Part shown: positions 38,997 to 46,973 of the stretch, in pieces
Layout of the letters: each line of letters opens with the position of its first letter
Numbering within the stretch: position 1 is the first letter of the stretch
Assembly (NCBI GenBank): GCA_027036015.1
Contig: JALVTH010000068.1
Location: 4,730-68,729, forward strand
Direction: 5' to 3'
Length of the DNA: 64,000 nucleotides
Origin: Campylobacteraceae bacterium
Lineage (GTDB): Bacteria; Campylobacterota; Campylobacteria; Campylobacterales; Sulfurovaceae
Notes under the pieces: generated by a model
Seen by the model: the letters and a program-made list of their open reading frames with translations, nothing else
Told to the model about the DNA's origin: nothing
The model's database searches: none
Position numbers and translations under genes: made by a program

Positions 38997-39018
38997 AAAA
39001 AAGCCTAAGCAAAGGCTT
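38997..39018 (-). terminator. Intrinsic terminator after tsf, abutting the helicase start codon
   Basis: Minus-strand RNA reads AAGCCU-UUGCUU-AGGCUU-UUUU-C-AUG: a 6-bp stem overlapping the tsf stop codon, then a U-run that ends 1 nt before the ATG at 38995. Confidence 0.5.
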
Positions 39019-39895
39019 ACGCCATTTGCTTAGCTACTTCTGCAGCAAAATCTTCTTCTTTTTTCTCAATCCCTTCACCAAGCTCAAATCGAACGTAATC
39101 AGTTAATTGAGCATCTTTATTGGCATTTTTTAAATACTCTCCAACACTAATTTTATCATCCATTACAAATTTTTGCTCAGTTAACGTATTATCTTGCATA
39201 AATCGTTTTACCTTACCAGGTAAAATTTTATCTAAAATATTTTCTGGTTTACCCTCTTTTAAGAGTTGCTCTCTTGCAATCTCTTTTTCTTTTTCGATTA
39301 CTTCTTCTGGTACTGCCTCAGGGTTAATATAAGCTGGTCTCATAGCAGCTGCATGCATTGCAATATTTTTAAGTTCATTTTCTAAACCTTCTTTATTTGC
39401 TGCAACAATTACACCAACTCTACCATTTGCATGCACGTATGTTCCAAGGCTTCCATCACTTATAACTTTAGCGTAGCGTCTTACAACAATATTTTCTCCA
39501 ATTGTAGCAATTTGCATTGCCAAATACTCTTTAAATGGCTCACCATTAATAGTGCTTTCAAGAATCTCTTCTACACTGTTAAAATCATTAGCCATTACGT
39601 GATCAAGCACTTCTTTTACAAAATTTTGAAATTTTTCATTTTTTGCAACAAAATCGGTTTGAGAGTTTACTTCAAGCATAATTGCTTTATTACCCTCAGT
39701 TTTAATGGCAATTACACCCTCAGCCGCTACTTTGTCAGCTTTTTTTGCAGCAGCACCAAGTCCTTTTTTTCTAAGCCATTCAACTGCTTTTTCCATATCT
39801 CCATCGCTTGCTGCAAGTGCTTGTTTACAATCAAGCATTCCAGCACCAGTCATCTCTCTTAATTTTTTAATATCTTTTGGACCAAAATTTGCCAT
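39017..39895 (-). CDS. tsf: Translation elongation factor Ts
   Basis: N-terminus MANFGPKDIKKLREMTGAGMLDCKQAL. The start lies 1 nt after the rpsB stop, with SD AAGGAGAG inside the rpsB 3' end. The track ORF start at 39922 is spurious. Confidence 0.93.
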   Translation of the reverse strand: MANFGPKDIKKLREMTGAGMLDCKQALAASDGDMEKAVEWLRKKGLGAAAKKADKVAAEGVIAIKTEGNKAIMLEVNSQTDFVAKNEKFQNFVKEVLDHVMANDFNSVEEILESTINGEPFKEYLAMQIATIGENIVVRRYAKVISDGSLGTYVHANGRVGVIVAANKEGLENELKNIAMHAAAMRPAYINPEAVPEEVIEKEKEIAREQLLKEGKPENILDKILPGKVKRFMQDNTLTEQKFVMDDKISVGEYLKNANKDAQLTDYVRFELGEGIEKKEEDFAAEVAKQMA

Positions 39896-39896
39896 C

Positions 39897-40925
39897 TTAC
39901 TCTCCTTTTTTCGCAGCTGCAAGCTCTTTTGCGTGCGCTACAGATTCTTTAAAGTCACCTTTAAATTTATATTTTTCTTCCATCATTGCAATTTGCTCAT
40001 CACTCATTCCTGCAACGTCTTCAAAAGTAAAAAAACCTTCTTGATTTAACTTTTCTTGATAAGCTTTACCAATACCTTTAATTTTTGTTAAATCATCTTT
40101 TTGAACTTCTTCTTTTACCTCTTCTTGCACTTCTTGAGTCTCTTCTTTGTTAACAACTTCTTGGGCTACTTCTTGAGATGCTTCTTCTTTTGCCTCTTCT
40201 TTTACTTCTGTCGCTTCACTCTCTTGTGTTTCTTCGCTATCTTGAGACGCTAAGTTTTTACCCTCAATAATTGCATCGGCAATTTCTCTACAGAAAAGAT
40301 TGATTGAGCGAATTGCATCATCATTTCCAGGAATTGGATAATCAATTAAATCAGGATCGCAATTTGTATCAAGCGGAGCAATAACTTTAACACCAAGTCT
40401 TCTTGCTTCTTTTACTGCAATATGCTCTTTTACCGCATCAATTACAAAAAGAAAATCTGGTGTTTCTTTTACGTTTCTATACCCTTCAAGATATTTTAAA
40501 AGTTTTTCTTTTTTTCTTCTAAGCATAAGGGCTTCTTTTTTTGTTAAAAGATTAATTTGCCCCGTTTCTTCCATTTTTTCAATAAGTTCTAATTTTCTAA
40601 TTGATTTTTTAATGGTAGGATAATTTGTAAGCATTCCACCAAGCCATCTATAAGCAACATAAGGCATTCCACATCTTTGCGCATGCTCTTTTACTGCATC
40701 TCTTGCTTGCTTTTTTGTTCCAACAAATAGTATCGTTTTACCTTCAGCCGCTGCGTCTCTAACAACGTTGTAAACTTCTTTAAAATATTTCAGCGTTTTT
40801 TGTAAGTCAATAATATAGATGTTTTTTCTCTCACCAAAGATAAATTTTTTCATCTTTGGATTCCAGCGTCTTGTCTGATGCCCAAAGTGAACGCCGCACT
40901 CTAATAAATCTTTCATTGTAACCAT
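39897..40925 (-). CDS. rpsB: 30S ribosomal protein S2 with an acidic linker plus helix-hairpin-helix C-terminal extension
   Basis: Starts [25 protein letters not shown], with SD AAGGAG upstream. The S2 core runs to about residue 225. It is followed by an E/Q/V-rich linker and [27 protein letters not shown]. Total 342 aa. The track ORF start at 40991 is judged spurious. Confidence 0.93.
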   Translation of the reverse strand: MVTMKDLLECGVHFGHQTRRWNPKMKKFIFGERKNIYIIDLQKTLKYFKEVYNVVRDAAAEGKTILFVGTKKQARDAVKEHAQRCGMPYVAYRWLGGMLTNYPTIKKSIRKLELIEKMEETGQINLLTKKEALMLRRKKEKLLKYLEGYRNVKETPDFLFVIDAVKEHIAVKEARRLGVKVIAPLDTNCDPDLIDYPIPGNDDAIRSINLFCREIADAIIEGKNLASQDSEETQESEATEVKEEAKEEASQEVAQEVVNKEETQEVQEEVKEEVQKDDLTKIKGIGKAYQEKLNQEGFFTFEDVAGMSDEQIAMMEEKYKFKGDFKESVAHAKELAAAKKGE

Positions 40926-41045
40926 AAAATAACTCCTTGTAAAAATTTGGTTTATTCCTCTGCAGCCCTTAACGCCAAATGGCGCAACCATTCAAGGATT
41001 AACTGCATGTGTCTTTCCAAAATCTGGATGAGACCGGCGCAAGTT
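40926..41045 (-). promoter_or_regulatory. Structured GC-rich 5' leader of rpsB (candidate autoregulatory element)
   Basis: Two stacked hairpins (plus-strand coordinates 41011-41034 and 40962-41006). A duplicated TTGCGCC could pair alternatively with GGCG. The leader also holds an 18-codon uORF (41008-40952). Confidence 0.35.
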
Positions 41046-41106
41046 TACCAAAAAAATTATTAAAAATCATTTATAAATTTTTATTTTCTCCTTTAAAAGA
41101 AATTTT

Positions 41107-41115
41107 TGTTACAAT
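41107..41115 (+). promoter_or_regulatory. Extended -10 promoter element (TGTTACAAT) for the DUF2062-MFS operon
   Basis: TGnTAcAAT overlaps the TTG of the track ORF, which argues for the ATG at 41139 as the true start. Confidence 0.4.
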
Positions 41116-41138
41116 TGCTTCAAAAAAATTGGATAGGT

Positions 41139-41624
41139 ATGATTCGAGATTTTTTAAAAAAGATTTCATATAGTAAAAAATTTAATGACTTTTTAGAAAA
41201 GCATAAACTCCCAAAAGCCTATTTTGCAACGACAAGAAGAGCCATTACAAGAGGCTTATTTGTTGGCTTTTTTTGGGGCTTTATTCCAATGCCAATGCAA
41301 ATGGGCGGAGTTATTTTAACAACGCCTCTTTTTAAATTTAACGTTCCAATTGCACTTGCTACTGTGTGGCTCTCAAACCCAATTACATACCCATTTATGT
41401 TTTATATGGAATATGTAACGGGTAACTTTTTACTTGGACGCCAAGGCTTACAAAATGTAGAACTTACTATGGATTGGTTTAGTAAGCATTGGAGCGAAAT
41501 TGCAACGAGTATGTATGTTGGAGCTGCTTTTTATTCCACAATTGGCTCTTATTTAATTTATCTTTTTGTTAATTGGCTCTGGATTAGATCAGTAAAAAAA
41601 CGAAAAAAACAATGTTTATCTTAG
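41139..41624 (+). CDS. DUF2062-family membrane protein
   Basis: The segment TRRAITRGLFVGFFWGFIPMPMQM followed by 3 TM helices is typical of DUF2062. Confidence 0.6.
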   Translation: MIRDFLKKISYSKKFNDFLEKHKLPKAYFATTRRAITRGLFVGFFWGFIPMPMQMGGVILTTPLFKFNVPIALATVWLSNPITYPFMFYMEYVTGNFLLGRQGLQNVELTMDWFSKHWSEIATSMYVGAAFYSTIGSYLIYLFVNWLWIRSVKKRKKQCLS

Positions 41625-42838
41625 ATGATCCAAAAAACAATCTAAAAAACATACTTCATGCTTTTTTTCTTTCACTTGGCATCTCTATGGCTGAACCCTC
41701 AACTATTTTACCACTTCTTGTGCATCATTTTAGCCATAGTGCCATCTTAGTTGGCCTTTTTAGCTCCTTACAACGGGGTGGTTCTATCTTAATGCAACTT
41801 TATGCTTCGTTTCATGCACAAAGTTATCAAAAAGTTTTGCCCTTTTTAAAAAGAGTCTTTTTTATACGTTTTTTTAGCTGGTTTTTTATTGGACTTTCTA
41901 TTTTACTTTTTGGTCAAACGCATCCTCGTTTAACGCTTTTTTTTATTGCACTTGGACTTTTTTTCTTCTCTTTTAGTGCTGGCTTTGGTGGAATCTATTT
42001 TAAAGAATTGCAAGCAAAACTTTTTAGCCATGAATATCGCAAAAAAACAATGGCAAATCGAAGAATTGCGGGCTCAATTGCTTCAATTTTTAGTGGAGTT
42101 TTTGCTGGAGTTATTTTATCTTTTGCTTCACCTCCTACAAATTATGCTCTTCTTTTTATTGTAAGCAGCTTTTTAATGGCAATTGGCTTTATTGCTTTTG
42201 CTACAATAAATGAACCAATAAAAACAAAAATATCAAATAAAGAAAAAAACTTTTTACTCTTTTTAAAAAATGCCTTTTTTATTTTTAAAAATGATAAAGT
42301 TTTACAACGCCAAAGCATTGCCATACTTTTAGCTTTTTCTTATCTTTTAGCTTTGCCTTTTGTTATTTTAAAAGCAAATAGTGAGTTCTCTTTAAAGGGG
42401 TGGATGGTAGGAGGTTTTATTACCTTTCAAATGCTTGGCTCAATCTTAATTAGCCAATTTTTTTGGAAACGTTTTAAAAGTTCTGAAAAAATGCTAATAA
42501 GTGCAATTTTATTAAAAATTCTTGCTTTTTTTATTGCTATCTTTGCAAATAACTTCTTTTTCTATACCCTATTTTTCTTTATCATTGGAGGAGCGATTGA
42601 TGGGCTTTCAATTGCTTCGCTCAATCTAATTATCGAAATTGCTCCAGAAGAAAAACGCCCAATTTATACGGCATTACAAACTAATTTTAGTTATTTAGGT
42701 CTCTTTTTCCCTCTTCTTGGTTCTTTTATTTTACACATTAGCAAAAACTATCTTATTTTATATTTTTTAACAATAATAATGCTTTTTTGTTCTTTATACT
42801 TTGCTTTTAAATTGTTAAGAAATAACATAAAAGATTAA
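41612..42838 (+). CDS. MFS transporter, substrate unknown
   Basis: 408 aa with about 12 hydrophobic segments. 13-nt overlap with the DUF2062 gene. Confidence 0.7.
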   Translation: MFILDDPKNNLKNILHAFFLSLGISMAEPSTILPLLVHHFSHSAILVGLFSSLQRGGSILMQLYASFHAQSYQKVLPFLKRVFFIRFFSWFFIGLSILLFGQTHPRLTLFFIALGLFFFSFSAGFGGIYFKELQAKLFSHEYRKKTMANRRIAGSIASIFSGVFAGVILSFASPPTNYALLFIVSSFLMAIGFIAFATINEPIKTKISNKEKNFLLFLKNAFFIFKNDKVLQRQSIAILLAFSYLLALPFVILKANSEFSLKGWMVGGFITFQMLGSILISQFFWKRFKSSEKMLISAILLKILAFFIAIFANNFFFYTLFFFIIGGAIDGLSIASLNLIIEIAPEEKRPIYTALQTNFSYLGLFFPLLGSFILHISKNYLILYFLTIIMLFCSLYFAFKLLRNNIKD

Positions 42839-42924
42839 CTTTTTGTAATATTTTGCATAAGTTGTTTTATATTTAAGTTAAAATTTGTTTTGATTTTATA
42901 TACAACTACTAAAGGAGGAAATTT

Positions 42925-43566
42925 ATGGATCAGCGTTTAGTTGCCGGATATATCAAATTTAAAAAAAGCGATTATATTTTAGAACAGGAAAAATTTACTC
43001 AACTTGCTAATGGACAACATCCCCACACACTCTTTATTGCATGCTCAGACTCAAGAGTTGTTCCAAATTTAATTACTCATGCAAAACCAGGTGATTTATT
43101 TATTGTAAGAAATATTGGAAACTTTATCCCACCTTACAATGACCAAGATAATTTTGCTGGCGTTGCCTCAGCAATTGAATATGCTCTTTATAAACTAAAA
43201 GTAAAAAATATTGTAATTTGTGGACATAGTCAATGTGGAGCAATTGCTTCTTTATTTGTAGAACAAAAAACACAAAACAAATCATATCCACATATTACAA
43301 AATGGTTAACCTTAGGCCATCCAGCAAAAGAAAAAGCACTCAAAGAAAAACCAAATGCAACAATTGAAGAGATAAAAGAATATACTGAAAAAATCTCTAC
43401 ACTGTTTCAAATGGAAAATCTTTTAACATATCCTCACGTAAAAGAATTGGTAGAAAAAAATGAATTACACATTGAAGCTTGGCACTATAACTTTAAAACA
43501 GGTGAAGTTGTAGCCTATTGTAAAGAGAAAAAAGAATTTATCCCTTTAGAAGAATTTTTAGAATAA
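42925..43566 (+). CDS. can: Beta-class carbonic anhydrase
   Basis: 213 aa with zinc-ligand motifs CSDSR and GHSQCGA. Strong SD AAAGGAGG. Confidence 0.9.
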   Translation: MDQRLVAGYIKFKKSDYILEQEKFTQLANGQHPHTLFIACSDSRVVPNLITHAKPGDLFIVRNIGNFIPPYNDQDNFAGVASAIEYALYKLKVKNIVICGHSQCGAIASLFVEQKTQNKSYPHITKWLTLGHPAKEKALKEKPNATIEEIKEYTEKISTLFQMENLLTYPHVKELVEKNELHIEAWHYNFKTGEVVAYCKEKKEFIPLEEFLE

Positions 43567-43568
43567 TT

Positions 43569-46500
43569 TTACTTTTTCCCATATCCTCCCCCACCTGGGG
43601 TTTTAATAATAAGCTTGTCTCCTTTTTTAACTTTTAATTGCGCTTTAGAAGTTAAATTATATGTTTGGTTATTACTAATATAAAGATTTTCTCCCTTTGC
43701 GCCTTCTTCTCCACCAGCCATTCCACAAGGTGCAAAAACACGCCGCTCTGTTAAGATGCTCACTTCCAAATTTTTTAAAAACTCATACTCTCTAATAAGC
43801 CCATCGCCCCCTCTAAAAGCTCCTTCTCCTCCACTTCCTCTTCTAATTTCAAATCGATTAATCTTAATTGGATAGCGACTCTCAAGCACCTCAACATCAG
43901 TGATTTTTGTATTAGTCATATGTGTATGTACTGCACTTGCTCCATTAAAACCATTCCCAGCTCCACTTCCTCCTGCAATCGTTTCATAATAGCCAAAATT
44001 ATCATCTCCAAAAATAACATTATTCATGCATCCACTGCTTGCTGCAGCCACTTCAAATGCTTTAAAAATTACATCTACAATTCGCTGACTTGTAGTAACA
44101 TTTCCACCAACTACTGCAAGCTCTTTGGATGGATTAAGCAAGCTTCCTTTTGGAGTAATAATTTCTATATCCTTAATTAATCCTTCATTAAGAGGAATAT
44201 CTTCATTTAGCATTACACGAATAGCATAAAGCACACAGCTTCTAACAACAGAAGTTGGAGTATTTTGATTTGATAAAAGCTGTAAAGAGGAGGAAGAAAA
44301 ATCAAACACCACTTTTTTATTCTTTTTATAAACTTTTAGAGCAATTTTTGCACCATTATCCAAAAAATCCTCTGCCTCTTTAACTCCTAAGTTTTCAAAA
44401 AATTTTGCTACCTTTTTTTGGCTAATTTCTTGAATCTTTTCAAAAAACCACTCAAAATCTTTAAGTTCTAATACACCTTTAATCCCTTCCATATTAGCAG
44501 CAATTTGTGCTTTTATATCACTAATATTACTTTTAATATCTTTTGCATTGGCTTTAGCAAAAATTTTTCTTAATTTCTCTTCTTGAAAAACCCCCTTATC
44601 AACCACTTTAAAGGCTTCAATAATCGCACCCTCTTCTTTGAGATATTTTGAAAATGGCGGCATACTCCCAGGCACTACTCCTCCAATATCGGCATGATGT
44701 CCTCTGCTTGCTACCCAAAAAAGCACTTTACCATCTTTAATACAAGGCGTTGCAACTGTAATATCAGGTAGATGTGAACCACCTTCATAAGGTACATTAG
44801 TAATATAGCTTGCATCTTCTATTTTGGGAAATTTTTTTATTATTGCTTTAATAACCGAACTCATACTACCAAGATGCACAGGAATATGAGGAGCATTTGT
44901 TACTAAGTTGCCATCTTTGTCAAATATGGCACAAGAGTAATCTTTTCGTTCTTTGATGTTTGCAGAGATTGCAACTTTAGTTAAAATATCTCCCATTTTA
45001 GAAGCAATAAAATGCATTCTATTACTATATAAAGCAACTTTTGCTGCTTCAAGCATCTCTTGTTTTTTACTCTCTTCTAAATAAATTGTAATATCTCCAT
45101 ATTCATTAACAACTGCTTTACTTTTGCTATCAAGCACAATGGTTGAACTCTCTTGCAAAATTAAAGCTGGTCCTAAAACCTCTTGAAATGCACCAAGCTC
45201 TTTGTATACTTTTGCTTCATGCCAAGCTCCATCAATATATATTTTGCATAGTTTTATTGGGGCAAACTCTTTTTGCTCAATTTTTTCTCGCACAATATTT
45301 GAACCTTTAATAACTTGTTCAACTTTTATTCTCTCAACAATCAACTCTTCATCTTGTAAAAAGCCAAAAACCCTTACAAACTCTTTTTCAAAAGCCGCTT
45401 TAATATTGTCGCACTCTTTTATTTCAAAGCTTGTATTAGTGCCTTTATATTTGATAAAATAGCTACGATTGCCTTGAGGTAAATCGCTCCAGTCCTGCTC
45501 ATTTAATTTTGCAAGCGGTAATTCAATGACTTTAAAAAAACTTTTTGTAATATTGGCATTGGCAATTCCAACTGTACTTAAAATGCCACTATTTTTATGT
45601 ATAAAAATCTCTCCTATCCCAAGCTTTCTTGCAACTCCAACTGCATGCTGTCCTCCAGCACCTCCAAAAGCACAAAGTATATGCTCTTTAACATCAAATC
45701 CTTTTTTTATGGTTATCTCTTTTATAGCATTTGCCATTTGTTCATTTGCTACATCCAAAAAGGCCTCAGCAACTGCTTCAATTGAAGCATTAAGTTTTTT
45801 AGCAATTGGCTCAAATCCTTTTCTTGAGAGCTCTTTATTTAAAGGCTCTTTACCACTTTTGCCAAAAATAGCTGGTATGCTTTCAATATCTAAGCGATTT
45901 AACACCAAATTTGCATCTGTTACACTCAAATAGCCATCCTTGCCATAACAAAGCGGTCCAGGATTACTCCCACTACTCTCAGGCCCCACAACAAACATCT
46001 CATTTTTATAAAAGAGTCTGCTTCCTCCACCAGCTGCTACTGTATAAATATCAACCATTGGAGCTACAATTGTGCTTGATGCAAGCTCTTTTTCATAAGC
46101 AAGCTCAATCTTACCATCAAATCTACTTACATCTGTGCTTGTCCCTCCCATATCAAAACCAATCAAAGGCTTTCCATTATAAATTGAACTAAGTGCTACC
46201 ACTCCTCCAGCAGGTCCACTTAAAATTGCATTAGAACCTCTAAATTCATCTATTTTGCAAAGTCCTCCATCAGATTTGATAAAAAAGATTTTCTCCATTC
46301 CGCCTTTAAGATTTTTAACAATTTTTTGAGAATACTCTTGCAATATGGGTGTTAAATAAGCATCAATAACTGTCGTATAGGCTCTATTAATGGCTCCCAA
46401 ACTTGGAGCCACTTCACTTGAGATAGCAACATATTCAAAGCCTTTTGCTCTTTTTGCTATCTCTTTTTCATGAGAACTATTTTTATAGCTATGCAAAAGC

Positions 46501-46973
46501 ACAATTGCTAAAGCTTCTTTACCATTTGCTTGAATGATGCAATCTTTTAAAGGTTCAATTTCTATAACTTCACCTTTTTGTGGCAAAAGTCTCTCATCAA
46601 TCTCTATAACTCGATCAAAAAGCGGCTTTGGCTTTTTTATTTTAAGCGCAAACAAATCACTTCTACTTTGATAGCCAATATTGAGCAAATCTTTAAACCC
46701 TTTCGTAACAGCCAAAGCAACCTTTGCACCCTTCCCTTCAAGCAACGCATTAGTTGCAACAGTAGTGCCTAAACGAATCTCTTTAATGATGTTTAAATCA
46801 ACCTCTTTTATCTCTTTTTGAAAAATCTCTTCTAAAATAACTTTTATAGCTTGCGTATTTGCATCTTCATAAAAGCTACTTTCACTCAAAATCTTTTTGG
46901 TATAGACTTTGCCTTTATAAAATGCATAAATATCTGTAAATGTTCCACCTCTATCAATTGCAATTTTTAACAT
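43569..46973 (-). CDS. Fused hydantoinase A/B-family enzyme (OPLAH-type ATP-dependent 5-oxoprolinase-like)
   Basis: 1134 aa. N-terminal Hydant_A_N/Hydantoinase_A region (IAIDRGGTFTDIY..GFDMGGTSTDV). C-terminal Hydantoinase_B region (NIKERKDYSCAIFDKDGNLV..HLGSM..GGGGYG). Single polypeptide. Confidence 0.8.
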   Translation of the reverse strand: MLKIAIDRGGTFTDIYAFYKGKVYTKKILSESSFYEDANTQAIKVILEEIFQKEIKEVDLNIIKEIRLGTTVATNALLEGKGAKVALAVTKGFKDLLNIGYQSRSDLFALKIKKPKPLFDRVIEIDERLLPQKGEVIEIEPLKDCIIQANGKEALAIVLLHSYKNSSHEKEIAKRAKGFEYVAISSEVAPSLGAINRAYTTVIDAYLTPILQEYSQKIVKNLKGGMEKIFFIKSDGGLCKIDEFRGSNAILSGPAGGVVALSSIYNGKPLIGFDMGGTSTDVSRFDGKIELAYEKELASSTIVAPMVDIYTVAAGGGSRLFYKNEMFVVGPESSGSNPGPLCYGKDGYLSVTDANLVLNRLDIESIPAIFGKSGKEPLNKELSRKGFEPIAKKLNASIEAVAEAFLDVANEQMANAIKEITIKKGFDVKEHILCAFGGAGGQHAVGVARKLGIGEIFIHKNSGILSTVGIANANITKSFFKVIELPLAKLNEQDWSDLPQGNRSYFIKYKGTNTSFEIKECDNIKAAFEKEFVRVFGFLQDEELIVERIKVEQVIKGSNIVREKIEQKEFAPIKLCKIYIDGAWHEAKVYKELGAFQEVLGPALILQESSTIVLDSKSKAVVNEYGDITIYLEESKKQEMLEAAKVALYSNRMHFIASKMGDILTKVAISANIKERKDYSCAIFDKDGNLVTNAPHIPVHLGSMSSVIKAIIKKFPKIEDASYITNVPYEGGSHLPDITVATPCIKDGKVLFWVASRGHHADIGGVVPGSMPPFSKYLKEEGAIIEAFKVVDKGVFQEEKLRKIFAKANAKDIKSNISDIKAQIAANMEGIKGVLELKDFEWFFEKIQEISQKKVAKFFENLGVKEAEDFLDNGAKIALKVYKKNKKVVFDFSSSSLQLLSNQNTPTSVVRSCVLYAIRVMLNEDIPLNEGLIKDIEIITPKGSLLNPSKELAVVGGNVTTSQRIVDVIFKAFEVAAASSGCMNNVIFGDDNFGYYETIAGGSGAGNGFNGASAVHTHMTNTKITDVEVLESRYPIKINRFEIRRGSGGEGAFRGGDGLIREYEFLKNLEVSILTERRVFAPCGMAGGEEGAKGENLYISNNQTYNLTSKAQLKVKKGDKLIIKTPGGGGYGKK

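Noticed and set aside
40926-40991. N-terminal extensions of track ORFs: rpsB from 40991, tsf from 39922, pyrH from 29324, ribH from 52075, OMP from 56714, lolA from 60217, mqnC from 51205, ftsX from 31477, recN from 6224, DUF2062 from 41106.
   Set aside because: In each case a downstream ATG coincides with the conserved protein N-terminus or signal peptide. That ATG is preceded by a good SD and, in several cases, by an extended -10 promoter that lies inside the supposed extension.
40950-41045. Possibility that the GC-rich segment upstream of rpsB is a housekeeping ncRNA (SRP/4.5S, 6S, tmRNA, RNase P RNA) or a tRNA.
   Set aside because: There is no SRP domain IV motif (GGAA/AGCA symmetric loop context), no tRNA cloverleaf or T-loop GTTCRANNC, and it is too short for RNase P RNA or tmRNA. 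It is contiguous with the rpsB SD and start, so a cis-acting leader is the simpler reading.
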